In this document: positions 55,539 through 64,000 of the stretch, in pieces
How positions within the stretch are numbered: position 1 is the first letter of the stretch
Layout: every line of letters begins with the position of its first letter
IMG/VR virus record: IMGVR_UViG_3300037317_000025
Coordinates: 1-64,000 of that record
From: a virus
Length of the DNA stretch: 64,000 nucleotides
Reading direction: 5' to 3' (one strand)
Notes under the pieces: model-generated
Database searches by the model: none
What the model saw: the letters and a program-made list of their open reading frames with translations, nothing else
What the model was told of the DNA's origin: nothing
Made by a program: the position numbers and the translations under genes

Positions 55539-58500
55539 CTATGCCTCCGTAATCCAGGCCGTGTTTAGCTCGCCATTGGTCCCGGTGGACACATTCAGGC
55601 TCTTCTCCCAGGTCACACCATTGTCGCGTGAGTAATAGACGAAGCCAATACGTTGACCAAAATCACTGCCATCGGCTTCGCAAAGCACGGCCAGAAGGTC
55701 GTATGACCATTGCCGATCATGAGTGACAGTGAATGAGGTGATAGCGAAGTCAGTAATAGGTTTGCCCTCTGGTAGTGGCTCAGTAGGCGATTGTGCATGC
55801 AGGTTAAAGATCAACTCCGGCGTGCCCGCGCCATACTGATTGCACTGATAAACTTTGTTATCACGGCAGAGGTAGACTCGGTTGCTCTCGGCGCAGCCTG
55901 GTTGCGCCCAGACGACATCACTATAACTCGTGAACGATAAAGTATTCACGCTACCATCACTGTCAATGCGCACCCATTCGCCGTTCGGTCTTTCGTAGCT
56001 CGTACCATCACCCCTCTGCGCCAGCCAGCGCCAATCTGATGTATGAAACATCGACATAGGAACCACCGCGCTAGACGGACTCAGTGCGCCCTCGTTTATA
56101 ACCCCGTTCTCAACCGTGGAATAACTGGGGGCACCGTCTGAACCCGCATCTCGGACAATAAAACGCCCGATATTGTTTACCGTCGTGCTGTGATGCTCCT
56201 GATGTTCGATAAAACCGTGCCGCAATCGTTGGATTGTGCCTAACGCCAGATTTGTACCGTGCTCGATACCTATCTGGTTATCAGGGTTGTCGTTATATGA
56301 ACTGATGACATACTGACGTGTAGTGCCATGTTTTGTACTATGACCCAACCCTGGGTTGATCCCATTTAACGGCTGCAAGGTCGCGCCGGTCTGCGTCGTT
56401 AAAACTGGTTCAGACATGTCGATAGCATACAGCACACGATTGACGACCCATGTGCCCCATTCGCTCGTCACATAGAAACTGTCTTCGCCGCCGTCGCTAT
56501 GAGTGATGTATTGCCATGCATTGTTTTCGCTCACAAAAAGCCCGGTCTGTAGCGCTACATTCGTTGCAGTCATGAATACTCTGACAGGAGGCGCAGGCGG
56601 CATGGCAACCCATAATGCGCCGTAGCCAATTTGATAACTTTTTATTGTATCAATCTGATACATGTCACTGAGTGTCAGGAGCTTTGAGGTTAGTTCGCCA
56701 GCGATATAGATAACATCCGGCAAAAGCCCATCGCGCACCAGTCCGAACAAGCTGTTAAGTAGAGGCACGTTCAATTCGGATGCGGTAAAGATGTTGGACG
56801 CGTCGCCTGTCAGTACAAACAAGCGTTCTGGGGCACGCCTCTCCGCAACGACAAAACCAGGCGTGGTCAGCAGGGGGGTGATCTCCCCCAGTCCCGTAGG
56901 CGGCGATGCGACACCTGACCAGTCGGTTGACGCTGCTTCACTGTCATCGAAACGCGCAATATCGGCAGGAGGCAATTCGCTCGTGCCCAAAAACGTCGTC
57001 AGGTGCAGACCAAAGCCGCTGGCTAATACCCGTGCACGTACGTCAGGAGGGGCGGCAACGGTGCACGCTTGTTCCCAGGTTTGTCCTCTCGAATAGCTGT
57101 GCAGCACCCCGCCAGACGTGGCAACGCGCACATACGACGGGTTGTTGTAGCCTGTTTCAACACCCATTCCATAATTGCCGCTGCCAAGATCAATCGTCTT
57201 CCAGGTTACGCCACCATCGGTGCTATGGTAAGCCCAGATACTCCCATCGGTTACCCATATATCCTCTGGCACCCCTTCAGTCACCCAGATGACTGACCTG
57301 TCGGGAGGCACGGCGGGCAGCGTTCCAACGTATACCGGGTCGGCGTCGTAGTCCTCCCAACGAAAGACCTTGCCATCACTCCAGAATGAAAGCAATGGCC
57401 CCGTATTGTTGTAGGCTGGAACTGCAATACACCTCTCCCCGGCTCGTGTGAAGCTCTTCCATCCACTCTGATCGACCAGAATGCGCCAGCCGTTTGACCA
57501 ACACGCCGTAGACAGCACCCGCGTCCACACCTGCACGTCCGGCGCGTCGGTGGCCCTGGTGAGTGTGTCGGTGTGGGGCGGTGCGGTGTCGTCTGTCACG
57601 GTCAGGGTGATCTCTACGCCTTCCAGGGTATCCAGGACAATGGTCGTCTGGGCTGCCTGTACCACCGTGTTCAACGGCGTCGCTCCGCTCACTGACCACG
57701 CATAGCTCACAAGTTCCCCATCCGGGTCGTAACTGCTGCTGGCATCGACATATACATCGTAGATGGTCTGCGGTTGGCCGGAGATAAGCACTCGCTCTGC
57801 GACAATCAGCATAGCAAAATCGCAGATGGGTGCAAGAGTATCGAGGTAGCCGGTGATCTTGCTATCACCTATCGCGCATGTCAGGGTGCTGCGCACGCCG
57901 TCGGTGCGCACGGCGGTAATCATCGCAGGCTCGGACGCCAGCCCCAACTTGCCGACCGTCAATGCCGCCGCCAGACCGGGCAACCAGCCCATATCGGCGG
58001 GCACCTCTACCTCAACGGTGACTTCCTCGCGGCACGCTTGCTCACCGTACCACTGCGCCATCGCGTCCACCTGGGCCTGTGTCTGCCAGTATTCGCACGA
58101 CTCGGAGTCATTGATACCGACCTCGATATCCGGCGCAACCCAGGTGCTCTCCACCGCCACGCCATTCTCAACCTCGCCGCCGGTGCAGGTGAAGCGCTTG
58201 ACAATGCGCTCGCGTCCCGTTGCGACATAATCGGCCTTGTTCCAGCGATAGGCGTTGCTCGCCGTGTTGCTGATCGCAATACTCGGACTGGCGGGAGGGA
58301 TGGTACTGAAGCGCTCAATCTTGACCTGTCCACTGGCGGGCAGGCACCAGCCGACCGCGCCTACCATCGTAAGCAATGCCCGGTAGATGCTCGTCAGGCT
58401 CTCGTCTGCGGTATGGCAAATCGGCTCGATGGTGCCCACGTTGAACACCGTGCCAGGGTCGTAGATGCTGGCGATCTCAGTATCGGCAATGCCTGCCCGG

Positions 58501-58892
58501 TTAAGCACCTGTCGGATCGCCGTCGGCCAGGGCGTGTTGTCAAACAGTAACCCTTCAGCGCTGCCGCACTCCTCGCCCTCTGCCTGGTCGATGCGTGAGA
58601 GAATATCATACGCCTGCACCGTGCGATCAACGGGCGGCACGCCATAGTTGCGCTGCCCGACAATGCCCTGGTAGAACACGCCGCGCTTGCCGTTGACTTT
58701 ATACTCAACGGTGATCGGCATGCCCGCCACGTCCTGCGGCAACAGGTCACGGATGGGCGCGTCGCAGGTGCTCCGGGTGCCGTCAATTGCCACACTGCGG
58801 GCGGGTAATTCGGACAACGGGTAGCGTTGTCCGTTGACCATAGCAAACAGTTCTTTGTAGTGCCGATAGCGAACCGTCGGATCAATCTGCAT
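55539..58892 (-). CDS. tail/baseplate hub-like protein with PKD-like and beta-propeller regions
   Basis: 1117 aa downstream of the tape measure; DASSSYDPDG..SYAW; Asp-box STDGGVTW, SRDNGVTW. Confidence 0.7.
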   Translation of the reverse strand: MQIDPTVRYRHYKELFAMVNGQRYPLSELPARSVAIDGTRSTCDAPIRDLLPQDVAGMPITVEYKVNGKRGVFYQGIVGQRNYGVPPVDRTVQAYDILSRIDQAEGEECGSAEGLLFDNTPWPTAIRQVLNRAGIADTEIASIYDPGTVFNVGTIEPICHTADESLTSIYRALLTMVGAVGWCLPASGQVKIERFSTIPPASPSIAISNTASNAYRWNKADYVATGRERIVKRFTCTGGEVENGVAVESTWVAPDIEVGINDSESCEYWQTQAQVDAMAQWYGEQACREEVTVEVEVPADMGWLPGLAAALTVGKLGLASEPAMITAVRTDGVRSTLTCAIGDSKITGYLDTLAPICDFAMLIVAERVLISGQPQTIYDVYVDASSSYDPDGELVSYAWSVSGATPLNTVVQAAQTTIVLDTLEGVEITLTVTDDTAPPHTDTLTRATDAPDVQVWTRVLSTACWSNGWRILVDQSGWKSFTRAGERCIAVPAYNNTGPLLSFWSDGKVFRWEDYDADPVYVGTLPAVPPDRSVIWVTEGVPEDIWVTDGSIWAYHSTDGGVTWKTIDLGSGNYGMGVETGYNNPSYVRVATSGGVLHSYSRGQTWEQACTVAAPPDVRARVLASGFGLHLTTFLGTSELPPADIARFDDSEAASTDWSGVASPPTGLGEITPLLTTPGFVVAERRAPERLFVLTGDASNIFTASELNVPLLNSLFGLVRDGLLPDVIYIAGELTSKLLTLSDMYQIDTIKSYQIGYGALWVAMPPAPPVRVFMTATNVALQTGLFVSENNAWQYITHSDGGEDSFYVTSEWGTWVVNRVLYAIDMSEPVLTTQTGATLQPLNGINPGLGHSTKHGTTRQYVISSYNDNPDNQIGIEHGTNLALGTIQRLRHGFIEHQEHHSTTVNNIGRFIVRDAGSDGAPSYSTVENGVINEGALSPSSAVVPMSMFHTSDWRWLAQRGDGTSYERPNGEWVRIDSDGSVNTLSFTSYSDVVWAQPGCAESNRVYLCRDNKVYQCNQYGAGTPELIFNLHAQSPTEPLPEGKPITDFAITSFTVTHDRQWSYDLLAVLCEADGSDFGQRIGFVYYSRDNGVTWEKSLNVSTGTNGELNTAWITEA

Positions 58893-58894
58893 GG

Positions 58895-59251
58895 TTACAC
58901 CTTCAGAAATTCAGCCTGCACGGTATGCGTGCCGTCCATATACGCCCCGGCCTTACCCTTGAATACCATCGACCACGACCCAGAGAGGTAGTTGTCTGTG
59001 GTATTGCCAAACGTCTGCGGCGTGCCGCGCTTGCTCACCAGTGCGCCGAAGTCGGAAGCGTTCTGCGTGATGACCTCGCAGGCGAACGAGACGGGCGTGG
59101 TGCCGTGATAATGGCGTGTGACCTCGTTGCTCTCCGGGTGGTACTGATCGTCGAACTGATCCTCGCCCACTGGCACGAAGTCCAATCCATTGTCCTCGCG
59201 GCGCAACAGGCATTCCACGCCGCCGAATGTCAGAAAGCCTGGTGCGGGCAT
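58895..59251 (-). CDS. putative tail protein
   Basis: Position between tape measure and hub genes. Confidence 0.5.
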   Translation of the reverse strand: MPAPGFLTFGGVECLLRREDNGLDFVPVGEDQFDDQYHPESNEVTRHYHGTTPVSFACEVITQNASDFGALVSKRGTPQTFGNTTDNYLSGSWSMVFKGKAGAYMDGTHTVQAEFLKV

Positions 59252-59262
59252 GATGGTTCCTC

Positions 59263-60021
59263 CTACCAGTTCGTTTCAACGAAGTCTACAGCGCCAATGC
59301 GCAACACGGCGCTACTGTCAACACTTGCGCGATGCATCGCCATTCGTAACGTTGGAGTCGTGATAGTATGGATGGCTTCAGCCATGAAAATCTCGGAACC
59401 GCTATAGTGGCTTTTGTCGTAACTTGCCATAACATGGGCGTGAGACATGGCACTCCCTGTCTTGCGCGCTGCCACGCGCAACCAGAGCGGCATCTGTAGC
59501 GGCACTGACAGATAGAACGGTTCGCCGTACACGAGTGAGCCGCCAATGGTTGCCCCGCCCAACAGATACCACTGATCCAAACGGCTATCGAACTGCAACC
59601 GCGCCTGAATTTCATTCGCGCCCGACGCCATAGCGAACGTGTAGGCCACATCAACCGTATGCCGATCTCGCCACCAGAGCGGCCCGAACTGCCAGGTGAG
59701 ACGGTAGCCGTCGGTAATGTCCGAGAAGTCAACATCAGTTGTGCGGGTGTATTCCCAGGACAGATCGGCATTCGAGCCGATATTCCAGGCTCCTGCCGAC
59801 ACATTCACATCATCACTGGCACTTGCGTCAGACCAATCGGACGGGTGTCCTGCTTCTATGCCCTCGCTGTCATAAGCACTGCCGTGATCGCTCACCTGAT
59901 AGCGCGTGCGGTCATAGAGCCGCTGGTTCGTGCGGCGCTGCGTGGCCCCGCGCCGTTTGATGCGCCATTCCATCGACTCGTTCAATTCGTCTATGAGCGG
60001 AAAAAACGGGTTGCGTGTCAC
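59263..60021 (-). CDS. putative tail protein
   Basis: Coupled to the tape measure; beta-rich. Confidence 0.5.
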   Translation of the reverse strand: MTRNPFFPLIDELNESMEWRIKRRGATQRRTNQRLYDRTRYQVSDHGSAYDSEGIEAGHPSDWSDASASDDVNVSAGAWNIGSNADLSWEYTRTTDVDFSDITDGYRLTWQFGPLWWRDRHTVDVAYTFAMASGANEIQARLQFDSRLDQWYLLGGATIGGSLVYGEPFYLSVPLQMPLWLRVAARKTGSAMSHAHVMASYDKSHYSGSEIFMAEAIHTITTPTLRMAMHRASVDSSAVLRIGAVDFVETNW

Positions 60022-63000
60022 AACTGCGTCCTCCTTGTGGCTCGAACTTCATCAATCCAACTGCCGACCTGCTCCTGCACCACACGCGGGATGGTTGCCA
60101 GCAGGCGTTGTTCGCGCTCTGGTGTGTCCACCACCGGGTTGTGAATGTTGACCTGGATGGTCACGCCTTCGCCACGCACGGGCGCGGCCTGCTGCGGGAT
60201 CGGGGCGCGTTCCTGAGCGGGCGCGTAGACCTGCACCGGCGGCGCGCTCACGCCCACATGTACCTCTGGCACCAGCACGCCGGGGGCGCTGCGCTGGGCT
60301 TCCAGACTGCGTAGCATATTGTTCGGTATCACCACACCGGGGCGGGTGAACATCACCAGTTCTTGCCCGTATTCGCCCACGCGCAACAGGTCGTAAGCCC
60401 CGAACGACCCACCTTGCGCGTAGGGGATCGGGTCTTGCCCCGGCCCGGTTGGTCGCGGGGTACGCTCGCCCCATTGGTCTGGCGTCGCTTCAGTCAGCCA
60501 CTTCAACGCCTGTTGTGCGCGCATCGAGATTTCCGCCAGTCGTGCGACATACTGCTCATAACTCAACAGCCCTGCATCGAAATCGGCACGCACCTGGTCG
60601 ATCTGGCGTTGTGCGTCCGCATCCAGGCTTGCAGCCTGTCGCGCATCGTTCGCCAGTTCCGTGGCGATATACGCCTTTTGCGCCTCATCCATATCGGCAT
60701 AGTGGTCATTCAATGCGCCCATCTGATCGGCGTAGCGTTGGCTGGCGGCTGTCATCGCCTCTTCGTGCCGAGTCTGCGCCGCCTCAAGGTCGGCCTGGTG
60801 TTGCTCGTCGGCTGCCGTCACTTGCTGGGTGTACCACTCGTTCTGGAGCGCGGTGATGGTCTCGTAATAGGTGCGATAGCTCGCCGTGCGCTTCTGGTTG
60901 GCATCCTGGTCAATTGCCACCAGTTTGTCGGTGTGCTGTTGTTCTTCTTCCTGGATACTGGCGTTGCGCTCATCGACAATTGCCAGCACCTTGTCGCTCT
61001 CGACCGGCCCCGACACGCTCAGGCCAAGCTCTGCCGTAACCTCACCGGGCACCGCCTGCAACGCGGCGATGTACTGCTCTTCGGTCAGGCGACCCTGCAC
61101 ACGAGCTTCCGCCAGGTCGCGGGTGCGGGCTTCGGTCATCTCCTGTTGTGCCAGGGTGAGCCGCACGGCCTCCTGTCGCGCCTGACTGAACCCGGCAATC
61201 ACGGCGCTGGTGTTTTGTCCGCCGGACGCGGCCCACTGGTCAAGCCCCTGAATCGCGTCGGCAAACATCAGGTCGGAGATACTGGCTTGCACACCGAACG
61301 CCTGCCGAATACCGGCGGTCATCTGATTCAGTGCCTCGCCGGAAATGCCGTTCATCAGCGCCAGAGCTGTTGCGCGGTCTACCAGCATGCGCCCCAGGTG
61401 CGCCGACTGTTCGCGCTCCTGTTCGACATACGCCTGTGCCTGCTGCGCTTCCTGCTCAACCAGCGCCTTCTGTTCTTCATCGACATAGCACGCCCACGCG
61501 CCCTGCGCCTGAATGGTGCGGCGTTTCTCGTTGAACTCTTCCAGGCGATCCCGACTGCCGCCCAGGAAGTCCACGTCGGCTGATACACTCTCTGCAAACG
61601 CGCTACGACTCGCGTCGGCGGCTTCATCGGCGGCGCTGCGCAGCGAGGACAAATACTTCTCATCTATCGCAATCAGCGCATCGGTGTGCCGCTCGCGTTC
61701 GTCTGCGATGGCCGACAGGCGATCCTGCTCAATCTTCAGCAGGTCGTCGTCAAGCGTCTGCCGCTCATCCCGCAGCTTCTCAGAGAGTTGTTCGTCAATC
61801 TCCGCCAGCTTGTCCGCGTGGGCCTGGTTCGCCTCGGTGATCGCCACCTGGTATTCCGCGTCGGCTTCCTGGCGGGCGCGTCCGAAGTCAATCGCATTGG
61901 ACAGCGCGTCCTCGCGGAAGGCTTGCTCCTGCTCGGCTCGGCGCTCGGCTTCAAGTGCGGCCTGACGGTCGGCCTCGGCTTTGGCGAGCGCGGCGGCTTC
62001 GGACGCCTGTGATGCTGTTGCTTCGTTCAGGATGCCCTGTGCTAGATTCTCTACCTCGCCGAGACGAATGCGGGCGTTTTCGGTGGCAATACGTTGCGCT
62101 TCTGCCTGACTCTGGTGGATACCGTGGGCACGAGAAGCCTGGTCAAGATCGGCGCGGGTTGCTGATTCGGTGCTGGCTTGCAGCTGCTCCAGTTGTTCGA
62201 TCTCGCCGCGCATTCGCTCCTGGACTTCTGGCGAGGCGTTTGCGTAGGCTTGTTGTGCCCGTGCCGCCACATCCCAGGCATCAGAATTGCTCACCAGCCT
62301 ACCCGCGAAATCGTCCAGGGTTCGTTGATGTTCCTGGTATTTGTAGATCGTTGCCCCGACCGCAGCCGCAGAAACCGCTAATGCGCCATAGGTTGCAAGT
62401 AGTGCCTGATTTGCAGCTACCCAGGCATAGGTTGCGGCTACCCCGCCGCGAATGGCGTGTGTTGTCGCAATAACTCCTTCAGCAACCGCAAGGCCGATAG
62501 TACCATAACTGGCTGCGCGATAGGCAGTCCAGGCAACAGCAGCGCCGCCGAGTGCAGGCACCAACCCCTCACTGATAATAGTGGCTGTTGTCTCGGCTGT
62601 ACTACCAACCGTTACCAGGACACTCGCTGTGGTTTCGCCCCATTCCTGAATACCTGCTTTCACCTCGGCAGTTTGCAGGGCGTCTACCATCTCTTGCAGT
62701 TTGACCTGTCCTGCCTCGATTGTTGGGCCGAAGAAATCCGCCAGGGAGTAGCTTGATAGCTCGCTCATACTGGAGAGCAGGCCACTAATCGTGCCACCCA
62801 TCGACGCAGCAGCGCCGCCGAAGTCGCGCTCAAATCCCTCGACGATTGCCGGGATAACATCCTCGGCCAGCAAGCGCCCCTCGTTCTGCATCTGCACAAT
62901 TTCAGACGTGGAGACGTTCAGGGCTTCCGCCAGGTAGCGACGCACCGGCACGCCCCACTCGGACAACTGGCGCATCTCCTCGCCCGTGGCGCGTCCGACT

Positions 63001-63479
63001 GCCTTGATTTGACCGAGCGGCGTGATAATATTCTCCAACACATGACTGGGCCTGCCTGCGGCTGCCAGGTAGTCCAGCGTGGCTGCGGTGAGGCGTTGTG
63101 TACTGATAACGCCTGCCTGCTGTGCGACGGCCACGCTCGTGGTCTGGGTGGACAAAAAGCCGTATGCCTGAGCGAGCGATACGGCGTTCGTGATGTCCTG
63201 TGATTCATAGGGGGACTGGATGGCAAGGCGCTTTGTCCAGTCGTAGAGGTGTTGGGCGTAAACCGTGGCCTCGTCGGTGGCGGCAGCAAGGTCACGGTAT
63301 TGCCCCGTCGCCACCATCTCAGAGCCAACCAGTGACCGCAGGCTCAACTGCGAGAGTTCCGCCTGCGCCGCCGTGTCTACGGCAGTCTGGAAGGCATTGG
63401 TTACTGATTCAAGTCCAGTGGTGACGACCTCGACACCACTAATACCAAGAGCGACATCTAATGCTGCTGCGTTTATCAT
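60018..63479 (-). CDS. tail tape measure protein
   Basis: LGQIKAVGRATGEEMRQL.E.GVP TMP motif; long Ala/Glu-rich helices; YAQGG..VGEYGQELV. Confidence 0.88.
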   Translation of the reverse strand: MINAAALDVALGISGVEVVTTGLESVTNAFQTAVDTAAQAELSQLSLRSLVGSEMVATGQYRDLAAATDEATVYAQHLYDWTKRLAIQSPYESQDITNAVSLAQAYGFLSTQTTSVAVAQQAGVISTQRLTAATLDYLAAAGRPSHVLENIITPLGQIKAVGRATGEEMRQLSEWGVPVRRYLAEALNVSTSEIVQMQNEGRLLAEDVIPAIVEGFERDFGGAAASMGGTISGLLSSMSELSSYSLADFFGPTIEAGQVKLQEMVDALQTAEVKAGIQEWGETTASVLVTVGSTAETTATIISEGLVPALGGAAVAWTAYRAASYGTIGLAVAEGVIATTHAIRGGVAATYAWVAANQALLATYGALAVSAAAVGATIYKYQEHQRTLDDFAGRLVSNSDAWDVAARAQQAYANASPEVQERMRGEIEQLEQLQASTESATRADLDQASRAHGIHQSQAEAQRIATENARIRLGEVENLAQGILNEATASQASEAAALAKAEADRQAALEAERRAEQEQAFREDALSNAIDFGRARQEADAEYQVAITEANQAHADKLAEIDEQLSEKLRDERQTLDDDLLKIEQDRLSAIADERERHTDALIAIDEKYLSSLRSAADEAADASRSAFAESVSADVDFLGGSRDRLEEFNEKRRTIQAQGAWACYVDEEQKALVEQEAQQAQAYVEQEREQSAHLGRMLVDRATALALMNGISGEALNQMTAGIRQAFGVQASISDLMFADAIQGLDQWAASGGQNTSAVIAGFSQARQEAVRLTLAQQEMTEARTRDLAEARVQGRLTEEQYIAALQAVPGEVTAELGLSVSGPVESDKVLAIVDERNASIQEEEQQHTDKLVAIDQDANQKRTASYRTYYETITALQNEWYTQQVTAADEQHQADLEAAQTRHEEAMTAASQRYADQMGALNDHYADMDEAQKAYIATELANDARQAASLDADAQRQIDQVRADFDAGLLSYEQYVARLAEISMRAQQALKWLTEATPDQWGERTPRPTGPGQDPIPYAQGGSFGAYDLLRVGEYGQELVMFTRPGVVIPNNMLRSLEAQRSAPGVLVPEVHVGVSAPPVQVYAPAQERAPIPQQAAPVRGEGVTIQVNIHNPVVDTPEREQRLLATIPRVVQEQVGSWIDEVRATRRTQL

Positions 63480-63524
63480 CCGTGCCCCACTATGCTACAA
63501 TACACCGCAGAAGGAGGTGTTACT

Positions 63525-63878
63525 GTGAATCCACTGCTTATTACTGTCATCTTGCTCACTGGTGTCATCATCGTGCTTGCCGTGCGTGCCACAATGCGCT
63601 CGCAGACCCCGGCGGCAAAAGAGTCAACTGTCTGGCATCAACGCCTGGTGCATCGCTTCGCCATTTTCGGACTTCTGATTATTGGCACCGGGTTTGCTAT
63701 CCCGATTCTGTCAATGCCCTGGACAACCATAGCGGCCCTGGGGACGTGGCTCGGTTTCAGTGTGGCTACCGTACCAGGAGAAGTAACCTGGCCTCGTACC
63801 ATCAGCTATACCCTGCAACTGATTGTCACTGCTGCACTGATGTTTGCTGCAATTATCTGGCTTAACGCCTCAGTGTGA
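63525..63878 (+). CDS. membrane protein inserted antisense in the tail operon (moron-like)
   Basis: Several TM segments; AAGGAGGT RBS; TATGCTACAAT upstream. Confidence 0.55.
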   Translation: MNPLLITVILLTGVIIVLAVRATMRSQTPAAKESTVWHQRLVHRFAIFGLLIIGTGFAIPILSMPWTTIAALGTWLGFSVATVPGEVTWPRTISYTLQLIVTAALMFAAIIWLNASV

Positions 63879-64000
63879 CCTGACCTCCGGCTTATTCGCC
63901 AGCGCCCAGAGCTTCGCTCGTCCGCGCTGTATCCAGATCGGCCCGTCCTTGCGCGTCATATCCAGCAACCCGGCGATGTCGGTTTGATAGACGTGGCGCG

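Overview
This window is a ~64 kb segment of a GC-rich tailed (siphovirus-like) bacteriophage or phage-plasmid genome. A Chloroflexota-like host is a tentative guess from the style of the DnaB, DnaN, sigma and SWIM proteins, not from a search. Recognisable modules: (1) dispersed packaging genes (portal 1.5-3.1 kb, putative small terminase 19.8-20.5 kb, large terminase 22.9-24.1 kb on the opposite strand); (2) a 14-kb array of small minus-strand genes driven by eight near-identical sigma70 promoter/RBS cassettes; (3) an amidase endolysin; (4) lambdoid-type replication (initiator with GATC-bounded iterons, DnaC-like loader, DnaB); (5) repressors and several DNA methyltransferases; (6) a sigma factor, RuvC, dCTP deaminase, RNA ligase and beta clamp; (7) a ParM/ParR-like partition pair and a membrane/ATPase/peptidoglycan-hydrolase cluster; (8) tail and tape-measure genes. 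The standout is a compact phage-borne CRISPR-associated TnpB/Cas12-like system at 20.54-22.90 kb. A ~496-aa RuvC nuclease with an intact D-E-D triad has a reading frame that runs through an omega/tracr-like tail and stops inside the first repeat of a 7-spacer, 37-bp-repeat array. No cas1, cas2 or tnpA is seen. It has a divergent HTH regulator, and its first spacer is an inverted copy of its own leader-repeat junction. Two unusual tRNA-like RNAs are also present: a 132-nt mini-tmRNA with no evident tag ORF and a 166-nt tRNA-like RNA with a ~90-nt insert in place of the anticodon loop.
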